DNA of 64,000 bases from Dehalococcoidia bacterium (GTDB lineage Bacteria; Chloroflexota; Dehalococcoidia; DSTF01; JACRBR01), in NCBI GenBank assembly GCA_041494685.1, contig JBGQBE010000001.1, positions 62,001-126,000 of the forward strand, given 5' to 3'. Under the pieces are notes generated by a model, which did no database searches, had not been told where the DNA came from, and saw only the letters and a list, made by a program, of their open reading frames with translations. A program made the position numbers and the translations under genes. Positions 29,660 to 39,844 of the stretch are shown here, piece after piece; the first letter of the stretch is position 1, and each line of letters starts with the position of its first letter.

Positions 29660-29969
29660 CTGCCGGCACTAACATTCAGAGGGAGTAGCGACCGGCTACT
29701 CCCTTCGCGTTCTGCACCACGGCGCATTTGGTTCCTCGTGAGCTGCCCGCCCGCGTTCTGCAAGAGCAACGTAAAACGGCTCCGTCTGTTAAGTGGCGTG
29801 GATGCGTCAAATGGATAGTTTCCGCTTCAGTTCCGGCCCAACGGCGTTGCCCTCAGAGACGGCGGCCGCTGCGCGCGGTTGGTTTAACGGAGCTGAAGCG
29901 GGAATGGTCGGCTTGACACAGTACGCCGAAAGCCTCATACTGTGAAGGTAGCACAGATGAGGACGGACG

Positions 29970-30984
29970 ATGAACAGCGAACCGAAGCGCAAGGGCCACA
30001 CCAACAACCTGAACGATCTGCTCCAGACAGAAGCCGATGCACGGGCATTCCTTGAGTCGAAGCGATGGCCGAACGGCGTCGTCTGCGCCTTCGAGGACTG
30101 CGGCGGTTCCGATGTGACTCGAATGGAGATCGCGGCCAAGACGTACCCGCGCGCTGGCAAGCCGGATCGCGTCGTCCCGGCGCGCTCGCTGTTCAACTGC
30201 AAGGCATGCCGCCGTCAGTTCACCGTCACCAAGGGCACGATCTTCGAGGACTCGAAGATCGCTCTGCGGACGTGGCTCATAGTCGCCCAGCGGATGGCTG
30301 TCTCTAAGAAGTCCGTCAGCGCGCGCCAGATCGAGCGGGAGTTCGGCGTCACCCACGAGGCCGCATGGTTCATGTGCCACCGTATCCGCTGGGCCATGAC
30401 GGACAAGAACCCGTCTCGGCTCAAGGGCACCATCGAAGCCGATGAGACCTACGTGGGCGGCAAGCCTCGCGGCCACCGATTGCACCGCTCTGCGAAGATG
30501 AACATGAGCGAGCGGATAACCGAAGCCTGGGCGAACAAGACGCCAGTGTTCGGCATACGGGAGCGCGACGGGCGCGTGCGGGCGCGTGTCATGAAGAAGG
30601 TCTCTCAGCAGGAAATCGAGCGCACGATGTTTCACCACATCGACCGCGAGAACTCCCGGCTCATGACCGATGAGCACATAATCTACAACCGGATAAACCA
30701 GCTGCTCCCGCACGACGTGATCCGCCACAAGAGCGAGTACGTGCGCGGCGAAGTCCACACGCAAGGGATTCGAATCGTTCTGGGCGATCTTGAAGCGCGG
30801 GCTGATCGGCACGTACCACCACGTAGACGCGGGCTACCTGAACCAGTACGTGCAGGAATACGCCTTCCGCCACAACACCCGTCACATAAGCGACGAGGAA
30901 CGGTTCAACGCGCTCTTGGCGAACGTGGGCGGGCGGCTGGACTGGTACGTGGGAAAGAACGCGAAGGCGGAGACGCCTTCCTAA
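29970..30984 (+). pseudogene. IS1595-family DDE transposase with a one-base insertion near 30770
   Basis: RWPNGVVC zinc finger, GTIFEDSK, EADETY, MTDE, HTQGI/ESFWAILKRG split across frames. Confidence 0.88.
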
Positions 30985-31090
30985 GTTCCTTAGGCATTGG
31001 CCCCGCGTGTATGAGCCGTTGTAGGACTTCGTCGAAGTCCATCCCGGAGAGGTCTATCGGCTTGGCTTTCGGTTTCTTCACATCGCTCAT
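30905..31090 (-). CDS. small ORF antisense to the transposase 3' end
   Basis: PIDLSGMDFDEVLQRL; AGGA RBS. Confidence 0.5.
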   Translation of the reverse strand: MSDVKKPKAKPIDLSGMDFDEVLQRLIHAGPMPKELRKASPPSRSFPRTSPAARPRSPRAR

Positions 31091-31105
31091 GGTGTCCTGA
31101 TTGTA

Positions 31106-31702
31106 TCAGGGAATGGGCGGCGGAATCGGCGTGACAGTTGCTGGCGTCAGGGTGGGTGGGATCGGAGTTGCCGCCTGATGGATATATGGAACAAAGATAG
31201 GCTGAGGGTTGCTGGTGCCACGCGATAGCACTCCCGCATAGATTGTGTATGCCGCAGCGATAGCCGTGAGCAACACTATCTCTCCGATGTGCCACCTGCG
31301 ATCCGATGTGCGCCTCCGTTCTTCCTGCTCATGCATCCACTGTCGATCTAGCATCTCGCGATGCTCTTTCGGCGTAGAGCCTCGCCGCCATTCGACGTAT
31401 CCGGCGCAAGCACGTTCCTTGTGTAGTGTTTCGAGGATACTGACTTGAGTCGATGTTGGTGGGTCCGTCCCGTAATACGGGCTGGCAATAATCTCGGAAA
31501 AGAGGTCTGCGTATCCGTCCAGACAAAACGGGAGAAGTTCGGAATGCGACGTCGCTGTATAGCGGCCGCCCAGTGGCGCGGCGTGTAGCCGGAAGTCTTG
31601 ATCCGCCTCGATAATCGCGCCGCCCTCGCTTCGGAGCGAGAGTCGCCCGCAATTCGCGCACTTGACCTTTCCTGGCGTCGGCTGGGGAACCAACGTGGGC
31701 AT
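31106..31702 (-). CDS. IS passenger, hypothetical membrane-anchored protein
   Basis: CANC motif and a C-terminal TM helix. Confidence 0.6.
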   Translation of the reverse strand: MPTLVPQPTPGKVKCANCGRLSLRSEGGAIIEADQDFRLHAAPLGGRYTATSHSELLPFCLDGYADLFSEIIASPYYGTDPPTSTQVSILETLHKERACAGYVEWRRGSTPKEHREMLDRQWMHEQEERRRTSDRRWHIGEIVLLTAIAAAYTIYAGVLSRGTSNPQPIFVPYIHQAATPIPPTLTPATVTPIPPPIP

Positions 31703-31820
31703 GGCGCGATCCTATCACGCCTCACGCCACGCACCAGACGCGCCCTGTCAGGGTCGACCACGGTCACTTAATCACCGCCCTGATCTTCTGGGGCCATGAA
31801 GCGATTGAACGGAGGAGCCC

Positions 31821-32612
31821 ATGTCAGCAAAGCTTGCCGCCAAGAACGCCGCAGCGAAGTTCCGGCGCGCAGGCGTACATCTTCATGAACTTGATCGGCG
31901 GCTCCACTCCTTCCAAAAGCGTCATCCATACAAGGCGATCCGTCAGCACAAACCGGGACTTTCGTATGTTCAGTTCGACTTCCATCATGCAGCTGATCCG
32001 CCGCTCAGCATCGGTGCCGTGCTCGGCGACTTCATCCAAGACCTTCGCGGCTCTCTGAACTACCTGATCTTTGAGTTGTCGCTCCTTGACCCCAAAGTCC
32101 CGCAAGAAGCTCTCGACAGAGTCGAGTTCCCTATCTTTGCCGAAGACAGACCAGCCGCGATCGAAAGCCGGATCAGCCACATCCCCGAGGACGCGAAGCA
32201 CATAATCAAGGCGATGCAGCCACACCACAAAGGAGACGGCGCGAAGGCGGAACCGCTCTGGCTGCTCCACGAGATGGCGACACTGGACAGGCATTGTTTC
32301 ATCCCAGTCGCAGGCCATCAGTACCGGACGGGCGTCATCGGCCAGCCTGGTCAGGAAGTCATTCTTTCCGGCTTCTTCCAAGCAGGCGAAGTAATGATGC
32401 GGCTCCCCATCGCCCACGATGAGGAACTTCAACAGCCGTTTGAAGGGCGCGTAGCATTCGTCGCCACCTTGGAACCGCGCCGATGGATCGCCATCGACGG
32501 GCTCCATCAGATGCACTACATGGTCGGCAACGAAATACTGCCCCAGTTCAATCGCTTCTTCGCGAAGAAGATCGAGCGTGGTTGGGAGCGCGTTCGCAAT
32601 GCGTCGCAATAA
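31821..32612 (+). CDS. IS passenger, hypothetical helical protein (possibly HEPN-like)
   Basis: GDFIQDLRGSLNYL...FPI...LHEMATLDRH pattern; GGAGGAG RBS. Confidence 0.65.
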   Translation: MSAKLAAKNAAAKFRRAGVHLHELDRRLHSFQKRHPYKAIRQHKPGLSYVQFDFHHAADPPLSIGAVLGDFIQDLRGSLNYLIFELSLLDPKVPQEALDRVEFPIFAEDRPAAIESRISHIPEDAKHIIKAMQPHHKGDGAKAEPLWLLHEMATLDRHCFIPVAGHQYRTGVIGQPGQEVILSGFFQAGEVMMRLPIAHDEELQQPFEGRVAFVATLEPRRWIAIDGLHQMHYMVGNEILPQFNRFFAKKIERGWERVRNASQ

Positions 32613-32780
32613 TGGAGCCTTTCGCGGTGCTGTGTCAAGCCGACCATTCCCGCTGAAGCTCCGCGGCTACGGCTGAACGGGGCATTGGGGCTGTGCGGCC
32701 GCGCGCCCCCCGCTTGAGCCAGACGCGGCGTTCGCGGATAGTCAGACGTACCGGCACGCTCCGACTAGTGAAGAGGCCCG

Positions 32781-33737
32781 ATGAGCGAGATCACGCACCG
32801 CACGATCCAGACCAACGGCATCGATATGCACATCGCCGAGGCCGGCAGCGGGCCGCTGGTGCTGCTGGTCCACGGCTTCCCCGAGTCGTGGTACTCGTGG
32901 CGCCACCAGCTGCCGGCGCTCGCCGCCGCGGGCTACCATGCCGTCGCGCCCGACGTGCGCGGCTACGGCCGCACCGACGCCCCGCAGCCGATCGAGGCGT
33001 ACAGCATGCGGAACATGGTCGCCGACATGGCGGGCGTGCTCGACGCGCTGGGCGAGGAGACGGCCGTCATCGTCGGCCACGACTGGGGCGCGCCGATCGC
33101 CTGGAACAGCGCCGTCCTGCGGCCGGAGCGCTACCGCGCCGTCGCCGGGCTCAGCGTGCCGTTCCTGCAGCGCTCGCCGATGCCGCCGACGCGGCTGTTC
33201 AAGCTCGCCTTCCCGGAGAACTTCTTCTACATCCTCTACTTCCAGGAGCCCGGCGTCGCCGAGGCGGAGCTGGAGGCCGACCCGCGCCGCTCGATGCGCC
33301 TCTTCCTCTTCGCGGCGTCCGGTGACGCGCCGCAGGATCCGCTCACGTGGCAGAAGCCGAAGACCTCCACCTTCCTCGCCGGCATGCCGGAACCCGACAG
33401 GCTGCCGGCGTGGCTCACCGAGGCGGACCTGGACTACTTCACCGCCGAGTTCGCGCGGACCGGCTTCCGCGGCGGGCTGAACCGCTACCGCAACATGGAC
33501 CGCGACTGGGAGGAGATCCCGGAGCTGGCGGGCGCGAAGGTCTCGCAGCCGGCGATCTTCATCGCGGGCGAGCGCGACGGCGTCATCGCGATGAACCCGG
33601 CGGCCGTCGGGGCGATGAAGGAGACGGTGCCGAACCTGCGCAAGACGCTGCTGTTGCCGGGCGCGGGCCACTGGACGCAGCAGGAGCGCCCGGCCGAGGT
33701 GAACGCCGCCCTCATCGAGTTCCTGAAAGGACTGTGA
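32781..33737 (+). CDS. epoxide hydrolase (alpha/beta hydrolase)
   Basis: HGFPESWYSWRHQ, GHDWGA, GAGHWTQQE. Confidence 0.93.
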   Translation: MSEITHRTIQTNGIDMHIAEAGSGPLVLLVHGFPESWYSWRHQLPALAAAGYHAVAPDVRGYGRTDAPQPIEAYSMRNMVADMAGVLDALGEETAVIVGHDWGAPIAWNSAVLRPERYRAVAGLSVPFLQRSPMPPTRLFKLAFPENFFYILYFQEPGVAEAELEADPRRSMRLFLFAASGDAPQDPLTWQKPKTSTFLAGMPEPDRLPAWLTEADLDYFTAEFARTGFRGGLNRYRNMDRDWEEIPELAGAKVSQPAIFIAGERDGVIAMNPAAVGAMKETVPNLRKTLLLPGAGHWTQQERPAEVNAALIEFLKGL

Positions 33738-33739
33738 CC

Positions 33740-34666
33740 ATGCGCATTGGGCTGATGCTGGGCGACATCACGGGCGGCGGCACTGTGTTCGAGCAGGTCG
33801 AGCAAGTCGTCCAGGCTGAACGGGATGGATTCGACACGGCCTGGTTCGGCCAGGTCATGGGCGTCGACGCCATGACGGTGATCGCGCTGGCGGGGCCGCG
33901 CACATCGCGGATCGAACTCGGTGCGGGCGTCGTACCGACGTTCCCGCGCCACCCGTACGTGATGGCGCAGCAGGCGCTGACGGTGCAGGCGGCGACGAGC
34001 AACCGGTTCGTGCTGGGCGTCGGGCTGTCGCACCAGGTCGTGATCGAGATGATGTGGGGCCTGTCGTACGAGCATCCGGCGCGACACATGCAGGAGTACC
34101 TGTCGGTGCTGCTGCCGCTGGTGCGGGAAGGACGCGCCGCGTTCAGCGGCGAGGTGTTTCGCGTCAACGCGGGCGTGCAGGTGCCGGGCGCGACGCCGAT
34201 GCCGGTGCTCGTGGCGGCGCTGGCGCCGCGGATGCTGCGGATCGCAGGCGAGATGGCGGACGGCACGGTGACGTGGATGACGGGGCTCAAGACCGTGGCG
34301 TCGCACGTCGTGCCGGCGATCAGCGCCGCGGCGAAGGCGGCGGGGCGGCCGCAGCCGCGCGTCGCGGTGGGGTTGCCGGTCTGCGTGCACGACGACGTCG
34401 CCGCCGCGCGTGAAGCGGCGAACGCGGTGTTCCGGATCTACGGCACGCTTCCCAACTATCGCCGCATGCTCGACAAGGAGGGCGCTGGCGGGCCGGGCGA
34501 CGTGGCCATCGTGGGTGACGAAGCGGCGGTCGAGCGCCAGATCCGCGAGGTGGCGAGCGCCGGCGCGACGGACTTCGTGGCGCCGATGTATGCGACGGGC
34601 AGCGACGCGGCGGCGTCGCTGGCACGGACGCGCTCGCTGCTCAAGTCGCTCGTCGGCAAGGTGTAG
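33740..34666 (+). CDS. LLM-class (probably F420-dependent) oxidoreductase
   Basis: VVPTFPRHP..MAQQALT, LGVGLSH, AALAPRML, YGTLPNY. Confidence 0.88.
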   Translation: MRIGLMLGDITGGGTVFEQVEQVVQAERDGFDTAWFGQVMGVDAMTVIALAGPRTSRIELGAGVVPTFPRHPYVMAQQALTVQAATSNRFVLGVGLSHQVVIEMMWGLSYEHPARHMQEYLSVLLPLVREGRAAFSGEVFRVNAGVQVPGATPMPVLVAALAPRMLRIAGEMADGTVTWMTGLKTVASHVVPAISAAAKAAGRPQPRVAVGLPVCVHDDVAAAREAANAVFRIYGTLPNYRRMLDKEGAGGPGDVAIVGDEAAVERQIREVASAGATDFVAPMYATGSDAAASLARTRSLLKSLVGKV

Positions 34667-34670
34667 CGCC

Positions 34671-35903
34671 CTACAGCAGGTTCTTGTGCGCGCGGCCGCC
34701 CTGCATGATCAGCGACAGCTTCGCCTTGTCCTGCAGCACGCGGATGTCCGCCAGCGGGTCGCCGTCCACGGCGATCACGTCCGCCAGCTTGCCCGGCTCG
34801 ATCGTGCCGATCTCCCGCTCCATGCGGATGCACTCGCTCGCGGTCTTCGTCGTCGCCACGATCGCCTGCATGGGCGTCAGCCCGCCCTCCACCATGCGCT
34901 CCAGCTCCTCCGCGTTGTGGCCGTGCGGCCCGACGCCGCTGTCCGTGCCCATCGCGATGCGCACGCCGGCCCGCGCCGCGCGCGTGAAGCTGGCCTTGTG
35001 GTCCTCCATCACTTCCTTCGACTTGCGGAGCGACTGGGGCAGCACGCTGCCCGGGTTCTTCTCCGCGCCCCGAATCACCCAGAGCGGCGCCACCAGCGTC
35101 GGTACAAGGAACGTGCCGCGCCGCTTCATCTCGTCGATCACGTCGTCCTCCAGGAAGATGCCGTGCTCGATCGACTCGACGCCCCCGAGCACGGCGTTGC
35201 GGATGCCCTGCGCACCCTGCGCGTGCGCCATGCACGTCTTCCCGGCGGCGTGCGCCTCCTCCATCATCACCGCGATCTCCGCCGGCGTGAACTGCGTGTG
35301 GCCCGGCTCGTCCGACGGCGAGAGCACGCCGCCCGTCGTGCAGAACTTGATGAAGTCGGCGCCGGCGCGCAGCATCGCGCGCACCGCCTTGCGCACTTCG
35401 TCCGGCCCGTCCGCCACGTTCTCCGGGAACTCCGGGCCGCCCGGCTGGCGCGCCCGTACGCCCGACGGCATCGTCTGGTCGCCGTGGCCGCCGGACTGCG
35501 AGAGGATCGCGACGGCGATCTTCATCCGCGGGCCGGGGATCAGCGCGCGGTCGATCGCCATCTTGAAGCCCTGCGGCGTCATGCCAGCGTCGCGCACCGC
35601 CGTCACGCCGGCGTCCAGCGTCGCCAGCGCGTTGCGCGCGCCGATGAACGCCTGCAGCGTCGGCGGCGTCAGCAGCCGCTCCTGCAGCGACGCCGGCTCG
35701 AACAGCATGTGGACGTGGCAGTCGATCATGCCCGGCATGAGCGTCCGCCCGCCCGCGTCCAGCACGTCCGCGTCGCGCGGCACGTCGATGCCCGCCCCGG
35801 CGCGTGTGATGCGCCCGTCCTCGATGATGATGGTGCTTCTCGCGACGGGGTCCGCGCCGGTCCCGTCGATCAACGTCGCCCCGACAATCGCCGTCGTCGC
35901 CAT
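34671..35903 (-). CDS. metal-dependent amidohydrolase
   Basis: PGMIDCHVH, SGGHGD, MAHAQG, SIEHG, GTDSG, GKLAD. Confidence 0.92.
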   Translation of the reverse strand: MATTAIVGATLIDGTGADPVARSTIIIEDGRITRAGAGIDVPRDADVLDAGGRTLMPGMIDCHVHMLFEPASLQERLLTPPTLQAFIGARNALATLDAGVTAVRDAGMTPQGFKMAIDRALIPGPRMKIAVAILSQSGGHGDQTMPSGVRARQPGGPEFPENVADGPDEVRKAVRAMLRAGADFIKFCTTGGVLSPSDEPGHTQFTPAEIAVMMEEAHAAGKTCMAHAQGAQGIRNAVLGGVESIEHGIFLEDDVIDEMKRRGTFLVPTLVAPLWVIRGAEKNPGSVLPQSLRKSKEVMEDHKASFTRAARAGVRIAMGTDSGVGPHGHNAEELERMVEGGLTPMQAIVATTKTASECIRMEREIGTIEPGKLADVIAVDGDPLADIRVLQDKAKLSLIMQGGRAHKNLL

Positions 35904-36000
35904 GCCTGTCCTCCCCTATCGCCGCGGCAGGGTCGCCGCGCGGACAGGGTACGCCAGCCCGCGGGCAGCCGCGACCGGCCGCGGGGCCGCGCGCCGGCGG

Positions 36001-36216
36001 TCAGTCGGGGGCGCAGGACGACGGGATGGTCAGCCAGTTCGGCGTTTCAAGCAGGCCGTCGAGCATCTTTGCGATGCGGGGCAGGCACGCCGGGCAGAGC
36101 ACGATCTCGCCACGGTCTTCCGGGCCGTGCGACACGGCGGCAGCGCGCCGGGAGCCGGTGGCGGTGCAGTCGTCGAGTTCGCCGACGCAGACGGAGTGCG
36201 CTTCCCGCTTGTTCAT
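36001..36216 (-). CDS. possible small Cys-rich protein
   Basis: LCPACL motif; fills the intergenic gap. Confidence 0.3.
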   Translation of the reverse strand: MNKREAHSVCVGELDDCTATGSRRAAAVSHGPEDRGEIVLCPACLPRIAKMLDGLLETPNWLTIPSSCAPD

Positions 36217-36327
36217 CACCCTGATCGTCGGAGCGCGCGCGCCCACCCGTGCCACGAACTGCTCACAGACGGCAGCGGTTGAGGATCGCGCGCGAGAAGG
36301 TCGCCCGTGATTGAGTCAGCGCCGCCG

Positions 36328-37275
36328 TCAGGCGTCGCGGGCGCAGCGGAAGCCCATGTTGCCCGTCGAGCTATCGGGCGTGTTCGAGCTGCGCGCGGCC
36401 ACGCGGTAGCGGTGGCAGTACGACGCGTGGCACAGATACGAGCCGCCGCGGATGACGCGATGCGTGCCGAACGCGGCGCCCTTCGGGTCCTCGCGCGGGC
36501 CCTGCGCCGCGTCGCGCGCGAACCAGTCGGCGCACCACTCCCAGACGTTGCCGGCGATGTTGTAGAGCCCGTAGCCGTTCGGCGGAAACGCGCGGACGGG
36601 CGCCGTGCCGTAGTAGCCGTCCTCGACCGTGTTGCGGCGCGGGAACTCGCCCTGCCAGATGTTGCAGCGATGCTCGCCGCCCGGCGTCAGGTCGTCGCCC
36701 CAGGGGAAGCGCCGCTGCTCCAGACCGCCGCGCGCCGCGTACTCCCACTCCGCCTCGGCCGGCAGCCGCGTGCCCGCCCACGAGCAGTACGACGCCGCGT
36801 CGCCCCACGTGACGTGCACGACGGGGTGATCGTCGCGTCCGGCGAGGTCCGACTGCGGGCCCTCCGGGCGCCGCCAGTCCGCGCCGTAGACCTGCCGCCA
36901 CCACGGCGCCGCCTCGACGCCGCGCGTCTCCTCGAAGTCGTCCGGCAGCAGGCCGCCGAAGACGAACGACCAGCCGTAGCGCTCGGCGTCGGTGAGGTAG
37001 CCCGTCGCTTCCGTGAACGCGGCGAAGTCGGCGTTGCTGACGGCGGCCGTCGCGATCCAGAACGGCGCGAGCGTGACGCGGCGCACCGGCCCCTCGCCAT
37101 CGGCGGGATAGCCGGCGCCGTCGTCCGTGCCCATCAGGAATTCGCCGCCGGGCAGCAGCACCATGCCGGCCGTCGCGCCCTGCGACGCGGCCGGCGTGAC
37201 CGGCGGCGCTGCGTCGCCCGCGTCACCGCGGCCGCTCGATGGCGCGCAGCACGGCTTGTCCGCGTCGTCGCACAT
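36328..37275 (-). CDS. formylglycine-generating enzyme (SUMF1/FGE)
   Basis: GEFLMG, HPVVHV, EWEYAARGG, GNVWEW, RGGSYLCHASYCHRYR. Confidence 0.93.
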   Translation of the reverse strand: MCDDADKPCCAPSSGRGDAGDAAPPVTPAASQGATAGMVLLPGGEFLMGTDDGAGYPADGEGPVRRVTLAPFWIATAAVSNADFAAFTEATGYLTDAERYGWSFVFGGLLPDDFEETRGVEAAPWWRQVYGADWRRPEGPQSDLAGRDDHPVVHVTWGDAASYCSWAGTRLPAEAEWEYAARGGLEQRRFPWGDDLTPGGEHRCNIWQGEFPRRNTVEDGYYGTAPVRAFPPNGYGLYNIAGNVWEWCADWFARDAAQGPREDPKGAAFGTHRVIRGGSYLCHASYCHRYRVAARSSNTPDSSTGNMGFRCARDA

Positions 37276-37296
37276 GTGACCCCCGCGCGCCAGCGG

Positions 37297-39597
37297 CTAC
37301 TGGCGCGCCATCTCGATCATCGCTTCCTGCTCCAGGTCGCGCGGCGGATCGCTGCCGGTCAGGTCCACGATCACGCGACGCAGCTTGCCGGTGAACGCGA
37401 ACGGCGACGCATACTCTTCCGACACGGGGTTGCCGGCGTCGCGGCCGACCTGCATGCTCTCGCCCAGCGCGAAGAGGAACGGCACCGTGCGCGGGATCGC
37501 GCCCTCGCCCACCTGCTTGCCGTTGATATACAGCCGGCCGACGCCGCCCGCGCCGAAGAGTTGCTGCCCCGTCTTCTCGAACCCGAACGCCAGGTCGCAG
37601 GCGCCCGCGGGCACCGGCTCCGTCGAGACGATCGTGAAGCGCGCCTTGCCGAGCAGGTTGTACACGTAGCGCAGCTTCCCGCCCTGTACGTACAGCGAGA
37701 AGCCGCCGAAGCGGCCGCCGTCGGCAAGCAGCACGCCCTCCGCGCCGCCCTCCGGGATCACAACCTGCGCCGTGATCGTGTGCGAGCGGTTCTTCGTGTT
37801 CGCCGCGACGACCGCCTCGACCGGCGCGCCGTGCGGATAGTAGACGAAGCGGCGCTTGCGCAGGCTCAGCCGCGGGCGGTTGATCGCCCGGCCGCCGCCG
37901 CGCGCGTCGACCGGGAGCGCGCCGTAGCGGCTGGCCTCGGCCCACCACAGCATCTCCATCTCGCGCACCTTCTCCGGGAACTCCGCCGCCAGGTCGTGCG
38001 CCTCGGAGAAGTCCTCCTCGACGTGGTAGAGCTCCCACTTGTCCTGGTCGAAAGGCTTCGTCGGGTCGGTGACGCCGTCGTAGATCATGCCCTCGGTGCC
38101 GTGGTACGTCACCAGCTTCCAGCCGCGGTGATACACCGCGCGGTTGCCGAGCATCTCGTAGTACTGCGTCTCGTGCCGCGTCGGCGCGTCGGGCTGCTCG
38201 AACGTGAACGCGAAACTCGTGCCATGCACCGGCGACTGCTGCACGCCGCGCACGGCGGCCGGCGGCTCGATGCCCAGCAGCTCCAGCACCGTCGGCGTGA
38301 TGTCCACCGCGTGGACGTACTGGCCGCGGATCTCGCCGCGCGCCTTGAGGCCCTTCGGCCAGTGGACGATGCACGGGTCGGCGATGCCGCCCTCGTGCAC
38401 CTCGCGCTTCCAGCGCTGGAACGGCGTGTTGCCCGCCCACGCCCAGCCGAACGGGTAGTGGTTGAACGTCGTCGGGCTGCCCAGCTCATCGATTTTCGCC
38501 AGGTTCTCCGCCACCGTCTCCGGCACGCGGTTGAAGAAGTTCGCCTCGTTCAGCGAGCCGTGCGGCCCGCCCTCGGCGCTGGCGCCGTTGTCGGAGATCA
38601 GCACCGTGATGGTGTTGTCCAGCTCGCCGATCTCCTCCAGGAAGTCCAGCAGGCGGCCGATCTGGTGGTCCGTGTGCGAGATGAAGCCCGCGAACACCTC
38701 CATCATCCGCGCGTAGAGCGTGCGCTCGTCGTCCGTCAGCGAGTCCCAGGCCGGGATCCAGTGGGGGCGCTCCGTCAGGTCGGTGCCGGGCGGCACGATG
38801 CCCAGCTCCTTCTGGCGCGCGAAGACGCGGTCGCGGGCGGCGTCCCAGCCCATGTCGAACATGCCGCGGTACTTCTCGATCCATTCGCGCGGCGCGTGGT
38901 GCGGCGCGTGGCCGGCGCCCGTGCAGAAGTAGAGGAAGAACGGCTTCTCCGGCACGACGTTCTTCAGGTCCGTGACGAACTCGATGGCGCGGTCCGCCAG
39001 GTCCTCCGTCAGGTGGTAGCCCGCCTCGGGCGCCTTCGGCGGCTCGATGGGGTGGTTGTCGTACACCAGGTCCGGGTGCCACTGGTCCGTGTCGCCGGAC
39101 AGGAAGCCGTAGAAGCGCTCGAAGCCGCGGCCGAGCGGCCAGCGCGTCTTCGGCGCGCCCATGTTCATCTCCTGGTGCGGCGTCAGGTGCCACTTGCCGA
39201 CGGCGTACGTGGCGTAGCCGTGCGGCGCCAGCATCTCCGAGAGGAAGCCGTTCTCGAACGGGATCTCACCGGTGTAGCCGGGGAAGCCCGCCGAGGCCTC
39301 GACGATGCTGGCCATGGCGTTGCTGTGGTGGTTGCGGCCGGTGAGCAGGCAGGTGCGCGTGGGCGAGCAGAGCGCGGTGGTGTGGAAGTTGCGGAAGCGC
39401 AGGCCGTTGGCGGCCAGGCGGTCCATGTTCGGCGTCTCGCAGAGGCCGCCGAATGCGGAGATCTGCCCGAAGCCGACGTCGTCGAGCACGATGTAGAGGA
39501 CGTTGGGCGCCCCCTCCTTCGCGCGGACGGGCTCGGGCCACCACGGCGTCGACTCCGCGGGCGTCCGCCCGATCACACCCTTGAACTGCTGCGTCAT
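37297..39597 (-). CDS. arylsulfatase (Cys-type)
   Basis: PNVLYIVLDDVG, ALCSPTRTCLLTGRN, GKWHL, SDNGAS. Confidence 0.95.
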   Translation of the reverse strand: MTQQFKGVIGRTPAESTPWWPEPVRAKEGAPNVLYIVLDDVGFGQISAFGGLCETPNMDRLAANGLRFRNFHTTALCSPTRTCLLTGRNHHSNAMASIVEASAGFPGYTGEIPFENGFLSEMLAPHGYATYAVGKWHLTPHQEMNMGAPKTRWPLGRGFERFYGFLSGDTDQWHPDLVYDNHPIEPPKAPEAGYHLTEDLADRAIEFVTDLKNVVPEKPFFLYFCTGAGHAPHHAPREWIEKYRGMFDMGWDAARDRVFARQKELGIVPPGTDLTERPHWIPAWDSLTDDERTLYARMMEVFAGFISHTDHQIGRLLDFLEEIGELDNTITVLISDNGASAEGGPHGSLNEANFFNRVPETVAENLAKIDELGSPTTFNHYPFGWAWAGNTPFQRWKREVHEGGIADPCIVHWPKGLKARGEIRGQYVHAVDITPTVLELLGIEPPAAVRGVQQSPVHGTSFAFTFEQPDAPTRHETQYYEMLGNRAVYHRGWKLVTYHGTEGMIYDGVTDPTKPFDQDKWELYHVEEDFSEAHDLAAEFPEKVREMEMLWWAEASRYGALPVDARGGGRAINRPRLSLRKRRFVYYPHGAPVEAVVAANTKNRSHTITAQVVIPEGGAEGVLLADGGRFGGFSLYVQGGKLRYVYNLLGKARFTIVSTEPVPAGACDLAFGFEKTGQQLFGAGGVGRLYINGKQVGEGAIPRTVPFLFALGESMQVGRDAGNPVSEEYASPFAFTGKLRRVIVDLTGSDPPRDLEQEAMIEMARQ

Positions 39598-39844
39598 GCT
39601 GCTGCACCTCTCTGGCGCCGGCGTCCGGCGCGCGGGGACTGGCTGGTGCGCCGGGAGCCCGGCGCGGCGACTATCTGCACAGCCGTGCGAAATGCGGCGG
39701 CGCGGGCGCATTATCCCGCCACGCGGAGGTCAGCCGCAATGCGGGGGCCGCAGATGGGCGCCGGGGGAGTTTTCCTCGGGCACTTGGGCGGGCCGGCTAC
39801 GGCGGCATCTTGTTGCCGCCGCGGGCGCTTCACACGCGCGTGTC

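Larger units (their letters stand above)
29900..32651 (+). mobile_element. IS1595-family element with passenger genes
   Basis: Terminal IRs GGGAATGGTCGGCTTGACACAG / CTGTGTCAAGCCGACCATTCCC; 8-bp DR GCTGAAGC at 29892-29899 and 32652-32659. Confidence 0.93.

Noticed and set aside
30760..30780. Programmed frameshift in the transposase
   Set aside because: No slippery heptamer at the site; a mutation or sequencing error is more likely.
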